Below are positions 24,001-36,400 of a stretch of 64,000 nt of DNA, piece by piece; the first letter of the stretch is position 1; the number at the start of each line of letters is the position of its first letter. Location: positions 341,992,001 through 342,056,000 of the forward strand of contig NC_067398.1 in assembly GCF_016432865.1 (NCBI RefSeq), written 5' to 3'. The position numbers and the translations under genes are program-made. Under the pieces are notes generated by a model, which did not search any database, was not told where the DNA came from, and saw nothing but the letters and a program-made list of their open reading frames with translations. This stretch comes from Antechinus flavipes (Eukaryota).

Positions 24001-25806
24001 ACTAGCTAATCTAAGATGGAAGACATACAGCAATGTAGGCCAGGCCATAGAATGGTCAAAATAAATAAAAGATCAATCAACAATAATTACAAAAAGGTTA
24101 AAAAAAGATAAAAACAAGGCAAGTGGAAAATTATTGAAAACTCCAAGAATAGAAGGCACCCATTACTCCTATGCCTGAAGCTCATTTCCTTAGATACCTT
24201 CTGAAAATGCTCAATGAATTGTACCTTTTTGTTTACATTATCTGATATATTCAGCATATAAGATGTTTTTGCATGATTGCTATTGTCACAAGGGAAGGTT
24301 CATGCTGGTGTGTGGGTTTTATTTCCCCCTACTATCCCCAGAAAGTAACAATAAAAAGATATCAGCATGAAATTTTTTTAAAGAATTGGAAAGAAACCAA
24401 ACTTGAGGAAGAAAACCTGCTTGGATTCACTGTTGCTATGATTCAGAAAGAAAAAAAAAAGTTATGGGATGGTCTTACCCGCTACCTCAGCAACACAAAA
24501 TAACATTTCCTATTGTAACCAGCTCCTTTAGGGTACACACCTCAAAGTTGCAGCACTTTCAGTATCTGTCATAATCTTAAGAGTTCCTTCCCCACAAACC
24601 TTAGTGACTATCAAGCAAGCCTCCCCATCCCATCATTTCAGTTCCATCTGTTGTGTTCATATCATCTCAGATGAAGAAAGCAACTCTCTCTATTCTTTGC
24701 TTCAGCTATGTTTTATATATCACAAATGGGGTTTTCCATTTCCCACTCCCTTCTATAAGAGTCAACTCTAAAACTGGGTACAGAACTCTGACCATGTTCT
24801 CATCAGTGACATGAGAGCAAGGACAATGGTCTACTGACCTAAACATAACATTCAAAATGTAGGTGTCTAATTTGCCACCACGCTGCAGCACTATAGACTC
24901 ACATTCAGCTACATAGCAGAAAGTAAAACAGTTCTTTGCTATTTGAATAAAAACCTAACAGCTCAGCTATATTCCTGGTAAGGAAATATATGCCCTTAAT
25001 CTCTCCTACTGCCTACAAAGTACTGCCTACTCTCCCTTATTCCGCTCTTCTTTTGGCCCCTCTAGGAAAACCTCATAAGATTTGCTTCTCTCTGCCCTCA
25101 GAAGTGTCCTAGGTATATCTTTTTAGACCTACAGAGGTGGCCCCTAAACTACTATGAATAGAAACATGAAGCAACAAGCACTGCAGACATACCCAATATA
25201 GTACCACCAACTATGAGTCCTACCCAAAGAGAAAGCATGCTATTACAGAAATCTAACAATACTTAGCAAGGGTTATAGGTTAAAAAAAAAAAAAAAAAAA
25301 ATCAAACCAAAAAGGCAAGACCACTGATTATAGCCCCAAAGCTCTTTCTCATCCCTCATTTCCCCCACAATGGCATTTTCTCTCTGAAATAGCATTTTGA
25401 GCTTGTTTAACAGATTAACAGGGTTAGAGCCAATCTGCTCTTTTCATACTTCTTGGAACTAAGTTTTTTTTTTTTTTTTGCATTTTAAAACAAAACACTT
25501 TTTACCAACTCCTGGTGTAGACTAATTAATGATAGATAAGAGAATTTGGTCCTGTGGTTTTTCTCATATCCATTCCTCTTATGCCTGAAGCTCATTTCCT
25601 TAGATAACTTCTGAAAATGCTCAAGCCTGAACTAAAAATAACTAATAACTCTTCCTGTGAAGACAGCAGAGACCCACCTGTCCATCAGAATCATAGCCCC
25701 AGTTGGTGGTGCCAGAGGCCAAAGCCACAGCTCGGGCATCTGCCTCCCGGCGGGCCCCGCTCAGAACAAAATGCCAGGCCCGGCTGCTGCGGGTGCGTCG
25801 GGCCAT
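17762..25806 (-). CDS. SPSB3: SPRY domain-containing SOCS box protein 3 (6 coding exons; 352 aa)
   Basis: Exons 25678-25806, 20062-20239, 19106-19293, 18893-18995, 18462-18587, 17762-18096; all GT-AG; 129+178+188+103+126+335=1059 nt; [16 protein letters not shown]...[11 protein letters not shown]...TSLQYLCC...CQRKRCRRT. Confidence 0.97.
18462..18587 (-). CDS. SPSB3: SPSB3 coding exon 5
   Basis: [42 protein letters not shown]. Confidence 0.95.
18893..18995 (-). CDS. SPSB3: SPSB3 coding exon 4
   Basis: [34 protein letters not shown]. Confidence 0.95.
19106..19293 (-). CDS. SPSB3: SPSB3 coding exon 3 (SPRY)
   Basis: [23 protein letters not shown]...VYGTDM. Confidence 0.95.
20062..20239 (-). 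CDS. SPSB3: SPSB3 coding exon 2
   Basis: [31 protein letters not shown]...CQCGEEDD; CAG| and |GTAAGG. Confidence 0.93.
25678..25806 (-). CDS. SPSB3: SPSB3 first coding exon
   Basis: Acceptor TTGTTCCAG| at 25819, 12-nt 5'UTR, CCACCATGG Kozak; donor CAG|GTGGGT. Confidence 0.95.
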
Positions 25807-28374
25807 GGTGGAGAAGATCTGGAACAAAAAAGAGAAACAAGCCACGGGTAAGAGGAAGTCTGTGATGTGGGAAGCTTCTTCAGAACTCAATCTCCAGGAG
25901 GAATTAAAACTTCCCCACGATTGTCCCATGAGTTCTTCAATAGGGACAGTAGTAGTTCATAGCCTGATTACCCAAAAACATGATTTTGATAAAAACTATG
26001 TAGTTCTTGGGACTCCGCAATAGGCTGTTAGAAACACAGAGCTATCTTCTTAAGTATCTAACTATTCTACCATCATCTAGAAATGATGAAGGATCATAGC
26101 CAAAGCCAGCACCCCTCCCGTATTCATTCCTTCTAGGACTTGGGAAGCCAGCAGCTGCACATTCTTCCTTTTTAGCTTGAGTACCGCACCCTAATGCACA
26201 CCTTCAGCCACAGGATCACTAGGGATTTTCCCACTCCCAGTCCTGCCCAATGAGCTTGTCAGCCACAGTTACTGCCCAACACCCGTAATTCTCTACCTCC
26301 TGGAATTACCTCCTGTATCATCGAGACTGTAATTTAAAAGGCTACTGAATTTAGAGTCATAAGAACAACGTTCAAATCCCAGTCTGTCACTTATTATGAC
26401 TGGAAGCTCAGGTTATTTCCTCTTAGCCTCAGTGTCATCACAGATGATTTCTAATGTCTCTATCAAGTATGGAAAACAATACAAATCAATGCAAGGTATT
26501 TTCATATTTGCGAGAATTTTAGATCTTGACTAATTGAAGCTGAAAATTAGAGATGATAGACAGGGGAGAAAAAACTTTTCCAGCTAGGGAGAACGTTCCT
26601 ATGATCTTTGGTGGCCACCCTCATTTGTAGCAGCCCATGGAGCCAGTGTACTATAATCTGAATGCTGACCATCTCTTCCCGTTTCCCACCTCTTGGGTAA
26701 CTGCCAGCTAAGAAGTAGAGCATTTAAGCTGGCTTTGGAGAAAACTCTGGCTTCTGATCCTAGCTCTATGGACTTCAGTTTACCCATCTGTAAAATGGGG
26801 ATAAAAATTCCTACAGTACACAGTTCAAAGGTACCAGGGAAGTTACATGTTAAGGTGGAGGAAGTAATATGGATGCATAAGACTTGGGTTTGAACTACAT
26901 AATCAAAATTTAGTAGTCATGTGACCATGTAACTTCTCTGAAATAGGAAACAGACCCAATTTCCTCATTTGTAAGGTGGAAGGACCCTAACTCTCTACCT
27001 CAGAGGGTGGTTATGAGACTGAAATGAAATGATACAAAGTTTCATTAACCTTCAAGATATTATAGTTCTTGAAGACATCTCAGAGCTTTGCACAGCTTTT
27101 AAGACTATATTTAATCAATTACCTTTATTAATATACTTTCTACCCTACATTAGGGCAAGAACCATATTTAATAATCTTTTGCAACTCATCCAATTTCTAG
27201 TACTGTACTACACAAGGCAGGCAATTTTAGAGGGGGTCTTAACTCTTTCTTCTGCTAATTTCTACCTGAGACCAGAGGCAAAGAGATTTCTTAGCATCCA
27301 GCAGGGATTAAAGGAAAACTCAAATGTCCTCCCAACTTCCCTATTAAAGTCCAGTTCTTTTCACCCACTACTTCCAAGCTTTCCTAAAACCAACATGATA
27401 ATGACAATATTTCCAACCTATTACCCAACAGCTGATGCCCCCCCCAATTCCTCAGCCCTCAACCAAAGGCACCCCACCCAACCAAGACCCCACTCTGAAT
27501 TGCGAAATCTCCTTTAAGTCTCCCTGATACAGATGGAGTGGGAAGGTTTCTAGAGGCTACAGAACATGCTTGACCCATAAACAACAAGCATGTAGTCTGT
27601 AGCAACAAAAAGAACGGTTGCTTCACTGACCCAGAAATCACTTCTAAGAATACAGTTTCCATCTACCAACAATAGAGCTGAGCTCTATTCCCTACAAAAT
27701 GGGTTTACAAAGGAAAAGGAAGATAAAACAGCTAGTATTTACATAGCTTGTAAAGGAAGGAAAACAGAAAGCATTATCATTTTCTTTTCAGTCCCAAGCT
27801 GGCATAAAGCTACCACATAAATAAACAAGGTAAATAATTTGACCACAGCCCCATAAGCTACAAATTCTAACTGAGATTGTTATGTCAGCTATTAATTGTT
27901 GAATCCTACTATCAAAGATAGGGACCATGGAGATCATTACAAATCTGAGTACTGTGAAAACTGGGATAGGGGAAGTATAGGTTCCTCCCTACTTCACAGT
28001 TAAAAAGAAGTCAGGTGAGACTTATATTCAAATCCAGACTTTAATCACTAAGACCAAAACCAAGAGTCAAGAGCACATCAACAGAATTGAGACATCAGGT
28101 AATGCATAGAATCCCTGCTCTGACCTTCCACCACCTTTACACTGCAATGATGACATAATACCCAGAACTTGTAGTAGTCCTCACCTTAAATCTATCCATT
28201 TCAAAGCCACAGCATTTCAGGCTAAACACTTTTAAAAGTCACTAATCCTTAAGGCAGCAAAAAAGAACATACAAATGATTTGTTTAGTTTACACATCCAG
28301 AAATAGAATAAGTAGCCAGAACTTCAACCCCACTGGGTTCAATCCATAGGGCAGCTTGAAACCAACACACTTTA

Positions 28375-29383
28375 TTTTTTTTTAAATAAGTTTTTATTGA
28401 TAGAATCCATGCCAGGGTAATTTTTACAGCATTATCCCTTGCACTCACTTCTGTTCCAATTTTTCCCCTCCCTCCCTCCACCCCCTCCCCCAAATGGCAA
28501 GCAGTCCTCTTTACATGTTGAATAAGTTACAGTATATCCTAGATACAATAAATGTGTGCAGAACCAAACAGTTTTCTTGTTGCACAGGGAGAATTGGATT
28601 CAGAAGGTATAAATAATCTGGGAAGAAAAACAAAAATGCAAGCAGTTTATATTCATTTCCCAGTGTTCTTTCTTTGGGTGTAGCTGATCAATTGAAACTG
28701 AATGGAAGAGATCCACTTCCATCAGAATACATCCTCAAACAGTATCATTGTTGAGGTATATAATGATCTCCTGGTCCTGCTCATTTCACTTAGCATCAGT
28801 TCATGTAAGTCTCGCCAGTCCTCTCTGTATTCATCTTGCTGGTCATTCCTTACAGAATAATAATATTCCATAATGTTCATATACCACAATTTACTCAACC
28901 ATTCTCCAATTGATGGACATCCATTCATTTTCCAGCTTCTAGCCACTACAAACAGGGCTGCCATAAACATTTTGGCACATACAGGTCCCTTTCCCTTCTT
29001 TAGTATCTCTTTGGGGTATAAGCCCAGTAGAAACACTGATGGATCAAAGGGTATGCACAGTTTGATAACTTTTTGAGCATAGTTCCAAATTGCTCTCCAG
29101 AATGGCTGGATGTGTTCACAATTCCACCAACAATGTATCAGTGTCCTTGTTTTCCCACATCCCCTCCAACATTCCACATTATCTTTCCCTGTCATTCTAG
29201 CCAATCTGACAGGTGTGTAGTGCTATCTCAGAGTTGTCTTAATTTGCATTTCTGATTAATAATGATTTGGAGCATATTTTCATATGTCTATAAATAGTTT
29301 CAATTTCTTTGTCTGTTCATATCCTTTGATCATTTATCAATTGGAGAATGGTTTGATTTCTTATAAATTAAGAGTCAATTCTA
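28375..29383 (-). mobile_element. Young 5'-truncated L1 in SPSB3 intron 1
   Basis: Open ORF2 C-terminus 28722..29204 (CWRGCGKTRTLIHCWWNC); perfect 18-bp TSD TGAAACCAACACACTTTA at 28357-28374 and 29384-29401; TTT/AA target. Confidence 0.92.
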
Positions 29384-31666
29384 TGAAACCAACACACTTT
29401 AAAGGACACAGAAGAATCCTAATCACAAACACTTCTGGCTGTCAGAACCAACATTAAAACCATCACATATCTAAGATAGTACCTCGAAGACTGTGACGGG
29501 GGAAGTGAAAGTGCTTCCTACTCCATTTTGTTAGAAAAAGTCAGGTGAGACCTATATTCATATTTTGGCTTTAATCATTTAAGTTTCATGACTATTTTGT
29601 CATGACTGTCACTTGGAAAGAAGGCCAGATGTGGAATCAGAAGACATAGATTAAAAATCCTAGGTTTGACATTTATTAGCTGTTATCGACAAGGTACTCA
29701 ACATTTCAGACTCCACTCCATGGACTCCCTATTACCTGCAGTTTCAAATATATAATTCTCTCGGTAAATTTGTCAGTTCATTAGGCTACTATGTTCCAGA
29801 TACTGCTAATAAGGCTTCCTCCTGCCTTTCCCATTTCTTCAAATACTTCTTTTCTACAAACACCAATTCAGTAAAATTCTTTCTTGAATTCAAATCCCAA
29901 TTTAAAATCTCATCTTCTGCAAGAAGCCTTTCCCAATCCCCTTTTAATATCAATGCCATCCCACTAAGATTATCTCCAATAATCTCTTCACAGGAAGAGC
30001 TATTCCCACAAGGAGAGCCCCTAAGAGGCAGGGTAAGGACTGAAAAGGGAGGGGCAGTAGGAAGGATGAGAGTCCACCTTTTTCAGTAATTCAACGCTTG
30101 CTTAGTATGCATATAAAAGGTAGATTAGCTGAATTTTACAATCTAAATCTGGAGAAAAATCTAAGAAACTGATGAAAGATAAACTCTGGTCAAAGTTCAT
30201 CATAGGGTATGACAGCTTTTAATGGCTGATAAGGAAACTGACTCTCAGAATATCCAGCATGACTACAGTCAATTCTTTATACATAACATCCCTAACATGT
30301 GGGTTCATACAATTCAACTATGTTTAACTATCACTTAAGACTTTATAAACAAACTTCCTCTAGGTAGGCAGTATTCTAACTTTCAAATTGGTCTCATAAG
30401 ACCCCAACTACTAGGAGGTGTGAAGCCAAGTAGGACAAGAGTAGCAGCCAGCAATTACATAGTGCTTCAACGCAAAAGCACTTTATAAATGTTGATTCTC
30501 AACAAACCTTGGGAGGTAGGTGCTATTAATAAGAAATAGAACTGACAGTCACATAACTTCTAAGTTTCTGATTTCAAATCCAGCCCTCTTCAAATAAGTG
30601 TCCCAGCTGCCTTAAGAAATATAAGATTTGTTGGTTGGTGGTTGTCTTCTTGAAGAGAACCAAAAATGACATCACGTTAGCATCAAGGTACAGTGTAATG
30701 TGTCCAATCATGGCAGATAAGAATAGACACTGTACCACAGATCAGACAAAAATAATTCTTATGAACGCAAGATAGTATGAAGGCAAAGCAAAGAAAACAG
30801 AGCCAGAAAAAAATTTCAGCTTGATCTCAATAATATTATCTCCTAAAATGTAACCATGCTTTTTTTCCTTGACTGGGTGGGTCTTTCAGGCTACTGGTCA
30901 CTCACCACTGTAACTTCTACCTGCTCTATTCTAACCAACCGAGGGGAAGGGATGGGGATGCTGTTAAGTGTTCACTACATTGGTGCAAGACTTAGGGGGA
31001 ACATCTCCAGAAGAAAATTTAGTTTCAAGGGTTTAATAGATGTTTTGACCCTGGAACAAGTCCCTTACTGGTCAGTCACAACAGGGAACTAGGGCATTCT
31101 ATAAAGGGTGTTTTGACCAAACTATTCTAGTTCCAAAGAAATGATTAACACCTCAAACTTGTCCACCAATGTTTTAAAACCTTTACCAAGTGCATCTCTG
31201 GATTTTGTAAAAGCCCCATTTTAATGAGACAAGGTTGAGGGGCGGGGTAGGCACAAAGCCTAACTTCAAATTGTAGCACTTTTAATGTCAACATTTATAT
31301 GGTGGCTTTTTGATGTGTATTTCCTTATTTGATGCTAACAAAGTTGGGGTTAGGGGCAAGTATCTCCATTATCATCTTCACTTGGGGAAGAATCTGAGGC
31401 TAAAAAACTGACTTGTCCAGGGAGTAAAATAGTAAAAGTTGGAGGTAGAATCTGACTTCAGATTTCCTGATTCTAAGTCTAGTGCTTCTCCCACAGCATC
31501 AGACTATTTCCCAGCAGCTCCCTCAAAATTACAGAAAACTACCGTAGGTTGGGAGTCAAAGGAGACATTCAAAGAAACAGATGGCAAGAAGATTCAGAAT
31601 CCATCCATACGAAGGAATGAGTTTACATTAAGCGACTCTCCAATGTAAGCAACACTTAGGGCTAAA

Positions 31667-31687
31667 GGGGGGGGGGGGGGGGGGGGG
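31667..31687 (+). repeat. G21 homopolymer
   Basis: 21 consecutive G followed by a purine-rich tract. Confidence 0.9.
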
Positions 31688-32909
31688 AGAGAGGGAGGAG
31701 AGGGGCGTGACTACGCAGGCAGCTAAACTGTAAGAAGCCAGACCTCCTGACTCGGACCCTTCACCCAACTCTCTGACGCCTCAGAGTTTAGTGTCACTCC
31801 TCCCAGGCCAAGTTCCGTTTCATGGACCTTCCCCATCTGGGGCTGCACTCCTCCATGTTTCTTTCACACTTTTTCCTCCTCTGCATATGCCAAGATAATA
31901 ATGCCCCTTTCCACGCCAGTTCGCAGTTAGTTGATGCTTTCAATGCCTCCCCTGCTGCACCTGTAGAATTGCTAATCCCCTTTAAAGCACGACACAACGC
32001 CCCTGGAAAGCGCCGGCCTGGCCTGCGGGTACCCCGTTAGCACTCTAGGGCTCACAGAAATCATTGAGCACATAGGGCTCCCGTTCACCGCAGTCGGAGG
32101 CCGGGCCAGCCCCTTGACCTTTCTTCTCCATCGGCCACTTAGGGGGCTGAGCAGCACTCCGGACTTGCGCGAGGCCGGGATGGATCCCGGAACCACACCC
32201 ACAGGAGCCACCCGAGAAACAAGTCCGGGGGAGGCCGAGGTCAGTGAAGCCCGCGGCCTCTGTCCCCCGCCCAGGGGCCGCCGAAGTGGGAACAAAGACA
32301 GGACTTTCAGGGCCGGTACCCGCCAGCCGACCACAGGGAAGGACGCAGCACAAGAAAAGGCTGGGCCGACCTCGGCCGATCTAGGGACCCCGGGCCTGAC
32401 ACGCGCACATGAGGAGGGCAAGCCTGCGGCCCCGCCTCCTCCGGCCGGCCCCGGAGCTTTTTCCCTCCAAGTCCCCAGGCCTCCGACCAAACGATAAGGG
32501 CCGACGACGAGGCTCCGTGTCCTCGCCGGGAACCCCTCCACATAAGAGTGGGTCCGACTGTCTCCTGCCGCTTTCTCCGGTCGCTCCAACTACCCGCGGG
32601 ATGCCCACTGAGCCTCAGGGAAGTCGGGGCTACCAGGACCCGGCCTCCGCCCCGCCCCGCTACCCTGGGTCCTCCCGCACCAACCGCTGGCACCCCCTCC
32701 CATTGGGCGGTGCAAGCCGTTCGGTCCGCTCCAGAAGGGGAGCGCCGCAAGCTGAGCGAAGAAGATCCGTAAGGAGAGGCCTGAGGGGCGGAGGGAGCGG
32801 GAAGCGCAAGCGGAACCCGTGCTGGGGACTGAAGAGACTGAAGGGACCGGGGGACGCGCGGGGACCACGGAGCCATCAAGGGCCCCACCCCAGGAGGCGC
32901 CGATCTTAC

Positions 32910-32990
32910 CTCAGGCGCCGCCACCGCCGCGCTCCGCTTCAGCCCCGCGCTCTGACCTACTTTCCCCTCCCGAGCTAGACGTAAACAATC
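32910..32990 (-). other. SPSB3: Probable non-coding exon 1 of SPSB3
   Basis: GAG|GTAAGA donor at 32909 inside the CpG island, head-to-head with NUBP2; 5' end is a guess. Confidence 0.6.
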
Positions 32991-33479
32991 TCCTCCCCCG
33001 AGTCCCGCCCCCATCCTCCCATTGGTCCCTCGCCTGGGGGAAGGCGAGTCAGACCTGGTTCGCCATCTCCGTTGGATAAGCCACCCTGAGAGGAATGGGA
33101 GAGGGGAGGGGTTCACGGAGCCAATGGCTAAAAATTCTGTCAATCATCAATCCGCGTCTCCATAGGAGAAACAGAAGCAACTCAGAGCCAAGTCTACCAC
33201 GCACATTGGCCCAAAGACCAATAATTGAGAGGGTAGTCAATTTTTCGGATTTAGAAGAAAGCCCACCTCCATTTCCCAGGAGTCGCGGGGCCGGGTAGCA
33301 GACACGCCTTCAGAGATTTGATTGGTTAATAAGAGAAGACAAGGACAAAGGGGAGGGAGAAGGGAAGAGATGTTGCTTCGGATTGGAGGAAACGCCCCTC
33401 ACTCTAGGCGGGAGAAGAGAAGGGGGTGTGTGTACGCAGATGGAGGCGGAAGTTGTGACGTGAGATAGCGCCCGGCAGA

Positions 33480-33495
33480 ATGGAGGCCGCACAGG
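33480..33495 (+). CDS. NUBP2: NUBP2 exon 1 coding part
   Basis: ATG GAG GCC GCA CAG G|GTGAGT; 16 nt. Confidence 0.88.
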
Positions 33496-36400
33496 GTGAG
33501 TGAGTTCAGGAGGAGCTCTTCCGAGAGCCTCTCCCGAGAGATTCGCTATCCCAAATCTCTTACCTTGAAAGATGTAAATCACTTGCACAGTTCAGAGTTG
33601 GGGCGGGCCCGCGGAAGCCAGGTGGACTAGGCGTTCCCCCCTGGAAGTCGGCGGCTCGTTCTGCTCGAGGGCCTGAGCATGCGCGAGGAGTTCCCTTCCC
33701 CCCACCCCTGCGGGAGGGGAAAGCTCTTCCCCTCGCCGCCCAGGGGTGGAGTCAGGGCCGTGCCTGAATTGAGAGCCTTTGGTGAGCTAGGGCGGTGGGG
33801 GCGTGAGTCTCTGAATTTAGCGCCAGTGTGACCGGGACCAGTGGAGGCGGCACAACCTCAGTTCCCTGTTCTCTGCAAAGCCAGGCCAGCTTCCCCACGT
33901 GACCCCGCGCCGTCGGTCCTACTACACCCACCATCCGGTGTCCGCGGGACTTTATTTTGCAGTAGTGGATCCTCCTCCATCCTTCCTCCCTATGGTCTTG
34001 CGTTCCAAGTGCCCCTCCCTCCCCCAGTCAGTCTTTTAATAGCTATGAAGTTTCTCTTGCGTGCCAGGTACGAGGCTGAGCAATGAGAAAAGCCTCTGCT
34101 TTCTAGGAGTTTACTAACCGATGGTCCCTGAAGGTCCCCGTGGCAGGCCGAAGTCACACAAACACTCCAGCTGTTGGTGACTTCCGCCTCTTCTGTTCCT
34201 CTCCTCCTCTGCCTCACCTGCCCTTCAGGGTGAATGTACAAGTCTGGTTCTCACCCCACAGCCCAGTTCCCCAAGAATAACATTCCCCCTCTAATCTGGT
34301 CTTCTCCAGTGGCCCCCCATTCTAGATTGCTGGGTTCCCCTATCCTATCCCTGTCAATCCAGGCCTTTCTCTTTCCCTTCTCTCCCTCAGTCTGGCTTGG
34401 GGACGAGAAGGGGGAGATCCCCACTGTATTTCAATCCTCTGGGGATGATAAAGGTTGCTGGCTCACATTGGTCAGGAGGTTTCCTTAAACATGATTACTT
34501 CCAAAATATTGTTTCTTATCTTTCCAGAGAATAAGATTTTGTTTCCTGTTAACTTTTTTCCTTTGATTCTTGATCCAAATCTTCATTTTCATTCTCTCAT
34601 CTGAAGCAATTTCAGTGTGTTAGAAATAATATAGAGATCCATCTCGTTATATATCAGAATAAATTCCGTGAGAATTGAGAATTTTTAGTGTCCTTATTAA
34701 ATTACTTCCCAAATCAGCACAAATTCCAATAGTCTTGGGGAAGGAAAGTGCCCTCCTAATCCAGAGAGAAAACTTTGGAGACTGAATATAGATCAGAGCA
34801 TAGTATTTTCACCTGTTTTTGTTGTTTTTGCTTCCTTGTTTGTTTTTCTTAGAAAGGGAGGAAAAGAGAAAAAATCGAAACACAAAGTTTTGCAAAGATG
34901 AATGTTGAAAACTATCTTTGTATGTATTTGGAAAAATAAAATACTGTTGAAAATAAACCAGCACTGAATAAAAGTATACTGTAATCTGTTTACTCAAGAG
35001 AAAATCAGATACACTATCACTGCTGTCATTTTTTGTGTATGTATATTTATGTGTAAATATAGATTTAGATGGAGAGATATTTTTTCTTTTCTCCAAAGTT
35101 AATAGACCCAGAGTAACAAAAAAGCTTTCACAAATCAGTTTTGTTCTTATGAAGAAAGGATGATTAAATTGTTACTTAGGAAAGAATGTGTCCTTGTTAG
35201 CATAGCCTTTTATACTACACTTAAGAAAATTTGTAGTATCCACTTTATTAGACAATCCAAATTTAATCACTTGTTACTACTGCATTCATTATTGGATAGG
35301 ATAAAGAGGCACTAATGGGGATTCTTTGAATTTTCTTTTGTATTGAAGGAGAGACATTTTGCTGTTAGACAGACTAAATGGAGTTAGTTGTGTCAATTCT
35401 TAACTTTTAGGTGTTACAAAGATCTGCCACAAGCTAGATCTTGGAGATCGATTTCAGCTCTTAAAAACATGTTCCTTTAATAGTTTCAAATGAGTGTGTG
35501 ACAGGTATACAAAGTTACATAAAAAATTGGAGGCACAAGAAAAGAAATACCTTTTCCAAGTATGGAGAAGAGACAAGTTTATAATCAAACAAGATAGAGA
35601 TCATAGCTAACAGATAATTCTGATTACATAAAATTAAAGAGGTATTTTTGTTTTCGCACAAATACAATTAAGTTAACCTTAGAAGAAAAGCCCTTCACGG
35701 GGAAAAAATCTTTTTAGCAAGCTTTTTCAATAAAAGTCTCATCCAATAAATAAAAGGAGTCATTTCAGATATGAAATATTTAAATGATCAAACCATTCCC
35801 CAATGAATAAGTGCTCAAAGGATATGAACAAGAGGTACTCAATGAAAGAAATGGAAAGACTGTGCAGCATTATGCTTCAAATCACTGATTAATTAAATGA
35901 ACTACTTTGGCATCTATCTTGGCAAAGATGATAAAAAAGAGAAATGATGGTTTTGGAAAGCTTCTAAGAACACGATGTGGAAGCATATTAATAAACCTTT
36001 TCCAGAATTTTCTCTTTAGGAAAATGTATAAGTAGTCAAGAACAAAAGCTAAACTTAGTAGAAGTATCCCTTATCTTTCTAAGATTATTGATTTTTCCCT
36101 TTAGCCTAGGGTGACTGAACTAGGACCTATCCTTTATTTAAAAGGATTAAGTTGTTGGTTGTTTCTTTAGGGGAGGGGAGTGGTCCTGGAAGAAATTTAG
36201 GAATTCTAGTAGAAGATTAAGTCATTTTTCTGAAATGTTAACTCAAAACCTTTCTATATTCAATATTCCTATAAATGTTGCTTTAAATTTGGGGGGAGTA
36301 GAGAAATGCTTGAAGGCACTGTGGGGATTATGTTAATTAGAACAATTTTCTAAGCTAGAAATTTTTGGATTTAGTGTAATATTAAATCAATTAAAAATTA

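Larger units (their letters stand above)
31960..33950. promoter_or_regulatory. CpG island / bidirectional promoter SPSB3-NUBP2
   Basis: High GC and CpG; six CCAAT/ATTGG boxes at 33021-33386; GC boxes; GCGGAAGT ETS motif near 33446. Confidence 0.88.

Noticed and set aside
27029-27517. 162-aa plus-strand ORF in SPSB3 intron 1
   Set aside because: Low-complexity intronic sequence with no homology recognised
27955-29580. Similar about 100-bp segments (aagtcaggtgagac(t/c)tatattca) either side of the young L1
   Set aside because: Most likely decayed MIR-type repeats
31972-33143. Overlapping 100-278 aa ORFs at the SPSB3/NUBP2 promoter
   Set aside because: Stop-codon scarcity in a CpG island; Pro/Arg/Gly-rich translations without domains
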